Positions 1 through 9,912 of a DNA stretch of 64,000 nucleotides are shown one piece after another. Location: positions 1,248,001 to 1,312,000 of the forward strand of contig OY762940.1 of NCBI GenBank assembly GCA_963667255.1. The letters are read 5' to 3'. Position 1 is the first letter of the stretch; every line of letters starts with the position of its first letter. Made by a program: the position numbers and the translations under genes. The notes under the pieces are model-generated. The model was not told the origin of the DNA. It was given only the letters and a program-made list of their open reading frames with translations, and did no database searches. Origin of the DNA: Candidatus Cloacimonadota bacterium (lineage in GTDB: Bacteria > Cloacimonadota > Cloacimonadia > G963667145).

Positions 1-168
1 AATAAGCCTTCCGCCTCTCTCAACGATGTTATAAAGAGTTCCGATTGTTCTGTTAATTCTTTCAGGGTCTTTTATCTCTCCCTTTTTCAAAACATTATGG
101 TCAACTCGAACCAAAACAGTTTTGCCTCTTACATCTGCATCTTGCAACTTGGCGAATCTGATATCCAC
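1..168 (-). CDS. pgk: Phosphoglycerate kinase, 5' part (runs off the window)
   Basis: Read manually: GTG at 168 after SD AAGGAG gives (M)DIRFAKLQDADVRGKTVLVRVDHNVLKKGEIKDPERINRTIGTL..., matching the PGK N-terminal VLVRVDxNV...D..RI motif. Confidence 0.85.
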   Translation of the reverse strand, partial: MDIRFAKLQDADVRGKTVLVRVDHNVLKKGEIKDPERINRTIGTLYNIVERGGRLI

Positions 169-169
169 A

Positions 170-490
170 TTAGACTCCTTTTACAATTTTTAAGTAAATT
201 TCTTTGGAATTAATATCGGTTATTTTTTTCTTGGAAACAAAATCATCATAATAATCGCTGAACCTTTCGGCGTATCCTCGGGTAACCCATTCTTTCATTA
301 GTTCTTCTCCCGACAACTTTTCATTGCAATCTTTCCCGAAATATTCCAAACATTTCAGTTGGATTAACATCCTTATATTTGGTTGCATTCTTGTCAGGAA
401 CTCCTTCAAAATACAATTATCGGAAGTGCAATCATCATGGCAAAGATTTTTTAAAAAACTACGATATTCATCTTTCGAGTAAGTGAGCAT
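170..490 (-). CDS. Hypothetical Cys-containing protein
   Basis: ORF 170..511; ATG at 490 chosen; packed between overlapping neighbours in an operon; no family recognised. Confidence 0.6.
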   Translation of the reverse strand: MLTYSKDEYRSFLKNLCHDDCTSDNCILKEFLTRMQPNIRMLIQLKCLEYFGKDCNEKLSGEELMKEWVTRGYAERFSDYYDDFVSKKKITDINSKEIYLKIVKGV

Positions 491-1166
491 AATCTTGTCC
501 TTTCTCAACAAACACTGGATTTAATTCCAAAGTTTCCCAAAATATCCTTCTGTCTTTGGAAAGACAAATAATCTTCTTGGAGTTAATAGCCACCTTGTAT
601 AAATCAAGAAAAGTAGAGTTTTTTAAATCAGGATCATCTTTGGTAGCAATGATATCGTAACTCTCTTTCAACCTTTTGATTTTCGAATTAAACGGCATAT
701 CAATTAGAATCTTTTCTTTTTTGTCAGAAGCAATCTTCAAATTTTTTAAAATATTTTTCTCTTCTATTTCCAAAGAAAAAAGCCTAACAAATGTCGGGAG
801 AACCTCTTCCCAAGGAGAGAATTTGAAATTGCATATTTTTTCGTCTTTGCTCAAAATAAGAGAATTTTTAAAAAACGAAAGCTTTTTCTTCTCTTGAGCC
901 AAATCAAGAATGATAACATCAGTTTCATCACTGGGAATAAAGTTTATAAACTTTAGATTTTCTAAGGAAAAACATGCATCCCAAAAATCTTTGAACTCAA
1001 TATCGCTAATAATTGTTATCTCATTGAATTTATTATGCCAAGAGTTTAAATAAGATAGAAAATTCAAATTCTCATAAAAATCCAAGCCAAGCAAAACAAT
1101 GACTTTGTTTCTGTTTTTTATCAGAGAACCAAAATCAATTTTTTTTGGTTTAAACAGCCCAAACAT
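468..1166 (-). CDS. Hypothetical protein, faint resemblance to a degenerate GT-B/GT9-like fold
   Basis: 232-aa ORF overlapping both neighbours; family resemblance is weak. Confidence 0.55.
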   Translation of the reverse strand: MFGLFKPKKIDFGSLIKNRNKVIVLLGLDFYENLNFLSYLNSWHNKFNEITIISDIEFKDFWDACFSLENLKFINFIPSDETDVIILDLAQEKKKLSFFKNSLILSKDEKICNFKFSPWEEVLPTFVRLFSLEIEEKNILKNLKIASDKKEKILIDMPFNSKIKRLKESYDIIATKDDPDLKNSTFLDLYKVAINSKKIICLSKDRRIFWETLELNPVFVEKGQDYAHLLER

Positions 1167-1847
1167 AATTTTTCGGATTTTCGTAATAGTCTATTTTCTT
1201 GTTGTTCAGATGTGCGATGGCGTCGGAATTTTTCTCTACACACTCTCTGTCGTGAGTTATGATAATAGAGGTATAATCGCCCTTTTCGTGTATGGAATTA
1301 ATGAGTTCGATTATTCCTCTCGAAGTTTTTGGGTCAAGACCAGTCGTCGGCTCATCGTAAATAATATACATCGGGTCTAACACTATCGACCTTGCCAGTG
1401 CCACCCTTTTCAGCATTCCACCCGACAACTCCGAAGGCATTTTGTCCAACTCCTTTTCTTGTAAACCAACCATTGCCAATTTATCGAGAACTATCTCTCT
1501 TATTTTGCTTTCTGTAAAATCTTTACGATGCTCAAAAAGAGGCAAAGCTATATTTTGATATACATTAAAAGAGTCCAAAAGAGCAGAACCTTGAAAAGCA
1601 TTGACAAATTTTTGCGAACTTCAAAGACACTTTTGCCTTTGATTTTCCCCAACTCCATTCCTTCGATAGTAATCTTGCCAAAAGTCGGCTTTAGCAACCC
1701 GATAATGCACTTTACCAAAACACTCTTCCCAGAGCCACTCTCCCCAACAATTACGGTTCGCTTGTTTTTTTTGATGGTTAAATTTATTCCATCTAAAATC
1801 GTTTGCCCCGAAAGAACAACAGATAAATTTTCGATTTCAATCATCAA
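1150..1847 (-). pseudogene. MlaF/Mkl-type ABC transporter ATPase split by a single-base frameshift (or sequencing error)
   Basis: Walker A GESGSGKS in 1548..1847; signature LSGGM and Walker B YDEPTTGLDP in 1150..1578; one extra T in the T4 run (plus-strand aaaa 1594-1597) restores MLFQGSALLDSFNVYQN and a 232-aa protein. Confidence 0.8.
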
Positions 1848-3202
1848 TTACAGAGTTTATCCAATTCAATTCTGAATATGTTTTCCAATTCCTCAACTCG
1901 TTTTTGGCTATTAGCTTCAAACCGCATAACAAGCACCGGCTGAGTATTAGAGGCTCTTATCAACCCCCAACCATCTTCAAAATTTACTCTAACACCATCA
2001 ATACCTATGCAATCGTATTTTTTATTTATAAAGGACAGTTTGATTTTTTCAACAATCTCAAATTTTTTGCTATCTTCACAGTCAAATCTAATTTCCGGAG
2101 TGCTGTAAAGCGTAGGTAAATCTTCCAACAACTCGCTGACACTTTTTTCACTTTTGCTCAAAATCTCCAAAAATCTACACGAAGCATAAATGGCATCGTC
2201 AAACCCAAAATATCTGTCTTTAAAAAAAATATGCCCGCTCATTTCGCCACCGAATTTTATGCTGTCCTCACTCATTTTTTTCTTAATCATTGAGTGACCG
2301 GTTTTATACATAATAGCTTTTCCGCCGTGAGTGACAACATCATCATAAAAATTTTTGGAGCATTTTACATCGGCAACCACTTTTTCTCCGGGGTTGCTTT
2401 TTAGAAAATCCCGAGCAAAAATATTAAGAATTTGGTCTCCAAAAAGCATATTCCCCTTTTCGTCAATCACGCCGATTCTGTCCGCATCTCCGTCCAAACC
2501 AATTCCAATACTGTAGCCCGAGTTTTTGACTTCCGTTATCAAATCTTTCATATATTCGGGAACAGTCGGATCGGGATGATGATTGGGAAAAGTTCCATCC
2601 TGCTCACAAAAAAGCTCTTTTACTTCCGCTCCTATTCCTTTCAAAATAGCTGGAGCTATCGGTCCACCTGCTCCATTGCCGGCATCTATCACAACTTTTA
2701 CGGGTTTTTGCAGTTTAAAACGAGAAATCAAATCTTTGATGTAAAACTCAACGATGTCAGTATTTTTGGTCAGCTTTCCATCTCCATTTACAAAATCTTC
2801 GCTGGCAATAAAAGAGTAAATTTGTTGTATCTCATCCCCAAAGATGCTACCCGTGCAACCAATATTCATTTTGAACCCGTTAAACTCAGGAGGATTGTGG
2901 CTTCCAGTAATCATCACACCTGCATCAATGTTAAGATGTTGGATAGCCCAATACAAACAGGGGGTGGCCATAATGCCAGCATCAACTACATCGATTCCTG
3001 ACTCTATCAGCCCTTTGCTAAACCTCTCAATATACAAAGGAGACGAAAGTCTGGCATCGCCACCGATTACACAAGTTTTAAAATTTCCTCTTATCAAATA
3101 AGATCCAAAACCTCTACCCAAAAGATAGACTGTTTCAGGGGTTAAGTCTTTATCAACAACCCCACGGATGTCGTATTGACGAAAAATTTCTTTATTTATC
3201 AT
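1844..3202 (-). CDS. Phosphomannomutase/phosphoglucomutase (AlgC-like)
   Basis: IFRQYDIRG start, TGSHNP catalytic Ser, DGDADR metal loop, GEMSGH, RASNTQP. Confidence 0.95.
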   Translation of the reverse strand: MINKEIFRQYDIRGVVDKDLTPETVYLLGRGFGSYLIRGNFKTCVIGGDARLSSPLYIERFSKGLIESGIDVVDAGIMATPCLYWAIQHLNIDAGVMITGSHNPPEFNGFKMNIGCTGSIFGDEIQQIYSFIASEDFVNGDGKLTKNTDIVEFYIKDLISRFKLQKPVKVVIDAGNGAGGPIAPAILKGIGAEVKELFCEQDGTFPNHHPDPTVPEYMKDLITEVKNSGYSIGIGLDGDADRIGVIDEKGNMLFGDQILNIFARDFLKSNPGEKVVADVKCSKNFYDDVVTHGGKAIMYKTGHSMIKKKMSEDSIKFGGEMSGHIFFKDRYFGFDDAIYASCRFLEILSKSEKSVSELLEDLPTLYSTPEIRFDCEDSKKFEIVEKIKLSFINKKYDCIGIDGVRVNFEDGWGLIRASNTQPVLVMRFEANSQKRVEELENIFRIELDKLCN

Positions 3203-3217
3203 AGTTTTATAATCCCA

Positions 3218-3442
3218 TTAATTGGTAAAAAAGTCGAAAATATTTCCCAAAGTTGAGGTTTGACCTTTGTAAAATTCAGAATATTTACATCTCGTGCAGG
3301 TAACTACAGTAAATTTTTTGTTTTGCACATCAAAAATCTTGCTCAATCCACCACCTGTCGCTGCCATTTGGTCTATCTCGCACTCTTTATTTCCGCATTT
3401 CGGACAAATATATTCTTGATTCAAGGTTCCCTCCTTATTCAT
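3218..3442 (-). CDS. Zinc-ribbon nucleic-acid-binding protein (DUF2082-like)
   Basis: CPKCG...GGGLSKIFDVQ...CTRCKYSEFY pattern. Confidence 0.8.
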   Translation of the reverse strand: MNKEGTLNQEYICPKCGNKECEIDQMAATGGGLSKIFDVQNKKFTVVTCTRCKYSEFYKGQTSTLGNIFDFFTN

Positions 3443-4044
3443 AAATCTAAGTTTTCAAAATATTTTTCAATTATTGGCGATATCTTCTTTAACGCCTCTT
3501 TTCTGTGGCTTATTTCATTTTTTTGCTCGCTACTCAACTCACTAAAAGTTTTGTCATAACCATCGGGAATAAAGATGTTGTCATAACCAAATCCTCTCGT
3601 CCCCTTTTCTTCAAGAGCAATTTTACCCTTCATTCTTCCTTCGCACTGTCCAACGATTTTCCCATCAGCATCACAAAGGGTAATTACGGTCGCAAAATAA
3701 GCCTTCCTGTTGGTTTCCCCAGCTAATTCTCGCAACATCTTGGCTCTGTTGTCGGCAAAGCTACAACCTTCTCCTGCGTATCTGGCAGCAAAAATTCCTG
3801 GTTGCCCATCCAAAGCATCAACGAACAATCCCGTATCGTCAGCAATAGCCGGCTTCTTGATAGTAGTGGCAACTATGCCAGCTTTTTTAAAAGAGTTCCC
3901 TTGCAAACTATCTTGGTCTTCATCAATTTCGGGCAAATCAAAATCCAAAGCCGACAAAATTTCGTAGCTTGTTTTACCCAGTATCTCCTTGATTTCTTTC
4001 ACTTTATGCAAGTTGCCAGTGGCAAGGACAAGTTCTGCTTTCAC
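3439..4044 (-). CDS. rdgB: Non-canonical purine NTP pyrophosphatase (RdgB/HAM1)
   Basis: ATGNxHKxxE, DDTGL, GFGYD and SHR motifs. Confidence 0.93.
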   Translation of the reverse strand: MKAELVLATGNLHKVKEIKEILGKTSYEILSALDFDLPEIDEDQDSLQGNSFKKAGIVATTIKKPAIADDTGLFVDALDGQPGIFAARYAGEGCSFADNRAKMLRELAGETNRKAYFATVITLCDADGKIVGQCEGRMKGKIALEEKGTRGFGYDNIFIPDGYDKTFSELSSEQKNEISHRKEALKKISPIIEKYFENLDL

Positions 4045-4050
4045 TGTAGC

Positions 4051-4863
4051 CTATTTCTTCTTCTCTTTAATTTTCTTGTTAAGATAGTCGATGTTGCTTT
4101 CCAGCACTTTCACATTCAAATCGTCAGGATTAATGCTAATCAAAATTTTCAAAGCCTTCCGATAGTTGCTCAGAGATTTTTTATACTCCTTGTTATTCAT
4201 ATAGGCAAGCCCCAAATTGTTGTAATCAACCGCTGTAACTATATTATCTTCGCCCAAGTTTTGTCTGTCGATTTCCAGAGCCTGACTAAAAAACTTAATG
4301 GCGTTAGGGAAATCCGCATTATCTCTGTAAATCTCTCCCAAGTTTGTCAAAGATGCCGCCATTCTCGCAAAATCGTCTCTGCTTTTTTTAGGCAAACCTT
4401 TCAGGATTTCCAAGCACTTCATCAAGTTAGCACCAGCCAATCTGTATTTTTTTTCTTCCAAATACACGCCGCCAACATTGTTGTAAAAACTTGCCAACAC
4501 AGCACTTGGAGTTTCTCCATTCAACTTTTTATACAAAGTAAGAGCCTTTTCATAATACTCTTTTGCCTTTTCGTATTGTTTGTCAGAACCGTAAGCACCA
4601 GCAATATTGTTAAACAAAACGATGTATAACTGGTGGTCATCTTCTACAGTGCGACCATAGTAAAGCAAAGCGTTTTCATATTCAGCAATCGCTTCCTTGA
4701 TTTTTGCATTGTTTTGATATTGCATACCTTTGCGAACAGATTCACTGGCAACTGCCAACCATTTTTCTTGATTTACATTATAATAAACTTTTACCCCTGC
4801 AAAAACAAGAGCAACCAAAATAATTATAGAACCCAAAATCCATAACAATTTTTTATTCATCAT
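4051..4863 (-). CDS. Membrane-anchored tetratricopeptide repeat protein
   Basis: N-terminal hydrophobic helix; repeated NNxG/A..Y...Y..A...Y.KAL TPR units. Confidence 0.85.
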   Translation of the reverse strand: MMNKKLLWILGSIIILVALVFAGVKVYYNVNQEKWLAVASESVRKGMQYQNNAKIKEAIAEYENALLYYGRTVEDDHQLYIVLFNNIAGAYGSDKQYEKAKEYYEKALTLYKKLNGETPSAVLASFYNNVGGVYLEEKKYRLAGANLMKCLEILKGLPKKSRDDFARMAASLTNLGEIYRDNADFPNAIKFFSQALEIDRQNLGEDNIVTAVDYNNLGLAYMNNKEYKKSLSNYRKALKILISINPDDLNVKVLESNIDYLNKKIKEKKK

Positions 4864-5335
4864 TTCCTCCCTTAAAATTCACAAAATTTTTAATCTTCCT
4901 TAATATTTTCCCTGAAGTTTGCTTATTTGCCAAATCCACTACTTTCTTAACGAGCTGTAACATATCCTCTTCTCCGCTCCAATTATCCAAAATTATTTTG
5001 CTGTCAACCTCTTTGAACAAACTGTCGAGAGCAAAAATCGCCACCATCAAATCGTCCAAAAAGCCAACAAAAGGAATGAAATCGGGAATAATATCGATTG
5101 GCAACAAAAAATAAGCAGCTATCGCCGACATAAAGAGCTTGTTGGCAACGGAAAGCCTTTTTTCCAAAGACAACCTGCCAATCAATACAAAAATATCAGG
5201 CAACAAAAAAAGGTAATCACTCAAATTGGAAGTGTCGTCAGACGATTTCCTTTTAATCGTAAATTTCTCCCGCAGTTTTTCGTAAAATTGAAATTTTCTC
5301 GATTCCTTAAGAAAGATTTCTTTGCTTGTATCCAT
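4853..5335 (-). CDS. YkvA/DUF1232 family membrane protein
   Basis: YFLLPIDIIPDFIPFVGFLDD signature; ATG 5335 with SD GAGGGG. Confidence 0.88.
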   Translation of the reverse strand: MDTSKEIFLKESRKFQFYEKLREKFTIKRKSSDDTSNLSDYLFLLPDIFVLIGRLSLEKRLSVANKLFMSAIAAYFLLPIDIIPDFIPFVGFLDDLMVAIFALDSLFKEVDSKIILDNWSGEEDMLQLVKKVVDLANKQTSGKILRKIKNFVNFKGGNDE

Positions 5336-5357
5336 ATTTGTTATTCCCTCGTTAAAT

Positions 5358-6296
5358 TTATTTATATTCACAGACAACTTTTGCCCCTTCCTTGTTGATA
5401 GCTGAGCAATACGATTGAGAATTGATATTCAGACTGTCAAATTTTTTGCCTATTTCGTTACAAATATTTTCGGCTATTTTTTTATTTTTACTCATCACGA
5501 AAATAGATGGTCCAGAGCCCGAAATCCCGCAACCAATCGCTCCCATTTTTAGTGCCATCTTTTTTATCTCAACAAAAGCGGGAATTAACTTCGCTCTATA
5601 TGGCTCTACCAAAACATCTTGTAAGCCGAAACTTATCATCTCTTCGTTCCCTTGACTCAACCCTAAAAGCAGTGACGACAGATAACCGGTTTGTTTCACA
5701 ACATCTTCCATCGGGATTGACTTAGGCAAAACATTTCTGGAATCAGCAGTTTTTATCTCTATGTCGGGATGAACAACGCCTACAAATAAATCCAAATTAA
5801 AATCAATTTCGTGAATTTGCAAAGGATTGTATGAGCTAACGGAAACTATTCCTCCGAGTAACGATGGCGAAACATTATCCGCATGAGCACTGCCACAAGC
5901 TATTTTCTCTCCTTGCATAGCAAATTGCACCAACTCCTTTTTTGAGAGAGGTTCTCCAAGAAGAATATTTGCAGCAAAAACTCCTGCTACAGAAGAAGCG
6001 GAAGAAGAGCCTAATCCACTGCCTATAGGCATCTTTTTGTGGATTTCAACTTCAAACCCTTCCTTACAATTCATATAATCCAAATACGCTTGGATGGCAA
6101 CCGTCGCACAATTCTTTTCCGCCTCCAAAGGCAATCTGCCTTCGTCTCCCTCTATCTTGGTTATGACAAGCCCCGAAGAACTCTTTTTGGTCAAAACGAC
6201 CTCGTCTCCAGGATAATCTATAGCCAACCCTAATAAGTCGTAACCGGAATTTAAATTGGCAACCGTCGCCGGTGCAAAAACTTTAACTTTATTCAT
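5358..6296 (-). CDS. thrB: Homoserine kinase
   Basis: APATVANL.SGYDLLG, GHMP motif PIGSGLGSSSAS, HADNV, ISGSGPS. Confidence 0.95.
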   Translation of the reverse strand: MNKVKVFAPATVANLNSGYDLLGLAIDYPGDEVVLTKKSSSGLVITKIEGDEGRLPLEAEKNCATVAIQAYLDYMNCKEGFEVEIHKKMPIGSGLGSSSASSVAGVFAANILLGEPLSKKELVQFAMQGEKIACGSAHADNVSPSLLGGIVSVSSYNPLQIHEIDFNLDLFVGVVHPDIEIKTADSRNVLPKSIPMEDVVKQTGYLSSLLLGLSQGNEEMISFGLQDVLVEPYRAKLIPAFVEIKKMALKMGAIGCGISGSGPSIFVMSKNKKIAENICNEIGKKFDSLNINSQSYCSAINKEGAKVVCEYK

Positions 6297-6442
6297 AAAA
6301 CTACCTAAAAAAGATATATGCGAAAAACAAATGCTGAAAAATCACTATAAAGCAAAAAGCTCAATTCAAAATTTAATGTCAAGTTTCTTTAAGCTCTTTT
6401 TGTGCTGAAAATTTTCATTGATTTTCTGGATAAATTTGTATT

Positions 6443-7180
6443 TTAATATTCAACATTCTCCAAATACAATCCGTTTGGCGGAGCACAGAATTTATATCGA
6501 GCGGAATTATCTTTGCCATTTAAAATTTCCGATATTTTCTCCGGCTCTGCTCTCTCTTGGTGCAAGATAAAACAAGTGCCTACAATCCTTCTCACCATGT
6601 TGTGCAAAAATCTATTCCCCGAAATTTTCAAAATCCAATAATTCTCGTGCGGGCAAATAAATGCTGAGAAAATATAACAAACATTGCTTTTTATGGCAGG
6701 ATTGATTTTACAGAAATTACTGAAATCGTGCTCACCCTGAAGAAGTTCCAAATACTTGTTGATTAGTTCGCAATCAAGTTCCGCAAAATTGAAACAAGAG
6801 AAATACCTGTGGTTAAAAGCCGTCAATTTGTTGGTGATTTTGTATTGATAGGTTCTCTTTTTTGCGTGATATCGTGCGTGAAAATCGTTTGCCACTACAT
6901 CAACCTTGTTGACTCTAATATCGGCAGGAAGCAAGCTATTTAGGGCGTTTTGCAGATTTTGAGGATTTATGGCGTCAATGGGAAAATCTGAATGCACGGG
7001 CTGGCACAAAGCGTGGACTCCGGCATCAGTCCTGCCACTGGCAACTATCGGAACATTTTGTTTGCAGATTTTGCACAGAGCAACTTCCACAGCCTCTTGA
7101 ACGGAGACACCATTCGGCTGATACTGCATTCCCACATAGTCTGTCCCGTCGTATTCCAATATTAACTTCAACCGTCTCAC
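6443..7180 (-). CDS. truA: tRNA pseudouridine(38-40) synthase
   Basis: YDGT, SGRTDAGVHA, FHARY, FLHNMVR. Confidence 0.97.
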   Translation of the reverse strand: MRRLKLILEYDGTDYVGMQYQPNGVSVQEAVEVALCKICKQNVPIVASGRTDAGVHALCQPVHSDFPIDAINPQNLQNALNSLLPADIRVNKVDVVANDFHARYHAKKRTYQYKITNKLTAFNHRYFSCFNFAELDCELINKYLELLQGEHDFSNFCKINPAIKSNVCYIFSAFICPHENYWILKISGNRFLHNMVRRIVGTCFILHQERAEPEKISEILNGKDNSARYKFCAPPNGLYLENVEY

Positions 7181-9912
7181 TGAATCTCCTCGCTCAAGGC
7201 TTGCTTTATCTTTGACGGCAACTCTTTGTAGTCAACAAGTTCCGATTTTGTCGGCAAAATTATTTTGAAATAGTTTCCGTAACTTTTGGTAAAAATCCTA
7301 TTGTCGTAGCTGACCAGCACTCCATTGTCGCTCTTACTGCGAATCAATCTGCCAAAACCTTGCTTATATTTGAGCAGAGCGTTCGGCAACATATAATGAG
7401 TAAAAGAGTTTTTGCTTTCGTTTTGCAGATACTCCAAGTTCGCCTCCACCAAAGGGTCAGTGGGGACAGCAAACGGAAGTTTATATAAAATCAGAAGTTG
7501 GAGAGACTCTCCGGCGATGTCGATTCCTTCCCAAAAAGAGTTGGTAGCCAACAAGATGCTTGTTCTCGTATCTCGAAATTCTTCCAACAAGGATTCCCTG
7601 CTTTTACTTCCGTCTTGCGATAAAATCAGCCTGTTTTGCAAATTTACCCCTAAAAAATCTCTGGCTTTCCGTACATCAGATAACGAAGTAAATAGGATTA
7701 AGCTCCCAACTTCGTTTTCGTGTAAAATGCTCACGATGTTGGAAAAAATTTGTTTCTCTCCTGTTTTTGTTCCCGGCAAATCAAGCCCGCTGGCGACAAA
7801 GACCTTGCTTTGTTTCTCATAATCAAAAGGCGAATTAAACAATTGTTTTGCAACTCTATTTTGATTTTCTACCAAATTCAACCCCATCTTAGTGCTGAAA
7901 AAATCAAATTTCCCGCGTAAGGCGATAGTCGCAGAACAAAAAATTAGCGACTCTGCCCTATCGTATAAAATCTCCTTTATCTTCTGGTCGATTTGGATAG
8001 GAGTGTAGTTTACAGACAAAGAATAAAAACTCTCTCCGCCAGACAACCACAAGCAATTGTTAGCATAATCGGGATTCATCAATGTTGTAAAAAAGAGCAA
8101 ATAATTTTGGCACTCCTCTTTGATGTTTTTTAGTTTCTCCTTTACCGTATCGTAATCGACAAAAGTTGCTTTATCTTGCAAATCCACAAGGCTACATAGA
8201 AGGAGCAAATCGGAAAAAATTCTTTGAAAATCTTGGGAGCTTTTTGCCAAAGCCTTTTCCGCTATCATCTTCTTCAATCTGAATTTACCATAATTAGCGT
8301 TATCCTTGAAATGCAAAAACAGTTCCCTGTAAAAATCTTCTACCGAGCTAATTTGGCTTACTTCCTCAATTAGCTTTTGCAAAACATTTTCAAACTCTTT
8401 TTTGTCATCGGCAGAAACGCTGCTACCAACCAATTTCGATTTTATAAGCGGAACAATTCCTTTTTGAAATTTGTTTTTCTTGTTGTGGATGGAATCAAAA
8501 AACTTGGACAACTCCCAATAACTTATCTGTAAACCCAGATGAGACAACGCAACTCCATGAAAATTGTGGGCTTCATCTATCACAAAATTTTCCGCTGAGT
8601 TCAGTGTCGGCATACCGAGGAGCAACTCTATCACCAAGAGCGAATGATTGACTATGACCAAATCGCTTTTTTTGGCCAACGCCTTTGCTTTATACAGATA
8701 GCAATCTTTGTAAAACGAGCATTTTCTGTTGGTGCAAAAATTGGAATCACTGCAAATCTTGCTCCACAATCTGGACCCCTGACTAAACCCTGAGTGATAA
8801 CTAATGTCTCCCGTATTGGTAAACCAAATCCAAGGCAAAATTAAAAACATCTGTGCAAATTCACTTTCCGATAAATCAAAACTATCATTTTTTTGCTGAT
8901 TGAATTTACTCAAACACAGATAGTTAGACCTGCCTTTCAGCAGACAGGCTTTAAAATTAATCGGCAAACTATCTACCAAAACCGGCAAATCCTTAGTCAT
9001 CAATTGCCTTTGCAAATTCATGGTGTTCGTCGAGATGACAACTTGCTTGTCTGTAGACTTGCTATAGATAATGGACGGAACTAAATACGCCAACGATTTT
9101 CCCGTTCCCGTTCCGGCTTCCGCAAGTAAAATCCTGCCATTTTCAAAAGCATCAAGAACATTTTCCGCCATCATTATTTGAGATTTTCTGACTTGATAAA
9201 AATCAAATTTCTTGCTCAAAAGACCGTTTTCCTCAAAAAAATCGTCGATTTCTATTTTTTTTTCTTCGGAAACAATGTGTTCAAAATAGTTGATATCTTC
9301 TTGATATTTGCTGAGATTGGACTTGGTTAATATGCTTTGAGACAACAGAAATCCCGACATTTCGTCCAAAAAATCTATTCCGTGAACACCACCCTCTTTG
9401 CCGAAATCGTGCATTAATTTACACAATTCGGGTGTAAATTTATCTTGAACATAGTCCAAAATTTTTACCGTTAGCCTTGCGAAAAATTTGTTTTTTTCTT
9501 TTAGATTTTGCGATGAGGGGATTGTTAGCCCAAAATTTTTGCTCAAAGATTCTAAGGAGTGAGAGGTTAAAAACGGCAAAATAGACCTGCAAATCCACAG
9601 AAAGTCTTGCAATCCGTTTTCCTGTAAAAATGGGCTTAGCTCCTGATTTGCAAAAACAAAGAGAGGAAACCCATCTGCTTTCCTTTGAATAGCTTCTATC
9701 GTTTCGTCTATTTCAAGTTCGCCAAAGTAGCTTACTTTTTTTATATCACTTTCGGGGAAATTCAATTCGAAAGATTTAGATGAATAAAAAGCATTTTTTG
9801 ATATTCTACCCTTTTTGTAAAAAAACAGATTGAAAAATGCAGGAAAATTTTTGTTGTCGGAAGACGCAATCTCGACCACCCAAAAAGCGAAATCGTCAGT
9901 AAACCTCATCAT
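7177..9912 (-). CDS. dinG: DinG/YoaA family Fe-S helicase with degenerate N-terminal exonuclease-like domain
   Basis: EAGTGTGKS, KGRSNYLC, Cys cluster, DEAH, SAT, FWEGID, QGFGRLIR. Confidence 0.88.
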   Translation of the reverse strand: MMRFTDDFAFWVVEIASSDNKNFPAFFNLFFYKKGRISKNAFYSSKSFELNFPESDIKKVSYFGELEIDETIEAIQRKADGFPLFVFANQELSPFLQENGLQDFLWICRSILPFLTSHSLESLSKNFGLTIPSSQNLKEKNKFFARLTVKILDYVQDKFTPELCKLMHDFGKEGGVHGIDFLDEMSGFLLSQSILTKSNLSKYQEDINYFEHIVSEEKKIEIDDFFEENGLLSKKFDFYQVRKSQIMMAENVLDAFENGRILLAEAGTGTGKSLAYLVPSIIYSKSTDKQVVISTNTMNLQRQLMTKDLPVLVDSLPINFKACLLKGRSNYLCLSKFNQQKNDSFDLSESEFAQMFLILPWIWFTNTGDISYHSGFSQGSRLWSKICSDSNFCTNRKCSFYKDCYLYKAKALAKKSDLVIVNHSLLVIELLLGMPTLNSAENFVIDEAHNFHGVALSHLGLQISYWELSKFFDSIHNKKNKFQKGIVPLIKSKLVGSSVSADDKKEFENVLQKLIEEVSQISSVEDFYRELFLHFKDNANYGKFRLKKMIAEKALAKSSQDFQRIFSDLLLLCSLVDLQDKATFVDYDTVKEKLKNIKEECQNYLLFFTTLMNPDYANNCLWLSGGESFYSLSVNYTPIQIDQKIKEILYDRAESLIFCSATIALRGKFDFFSTKMGLNLVENQNRVAKQLFNSPFDYEKQSKVFVASGLDLPGTKTGEKQIFSNIVSILHENEVGSLILFTSLSDVRKARDFLGVNLQNRLILSQDGSKSRESLLEEFRDTRTSILLATNSFWEGIDIAGESLQLLILYKLPFAVPTDPLVEANLEYLQNESKNSFTHYMLPNALLKYKQGFGRLIRSKSDNGVLVSYDNRIFTKSYGNYFKIILPTKSELVDYKELPSKIKQALSEEIQ

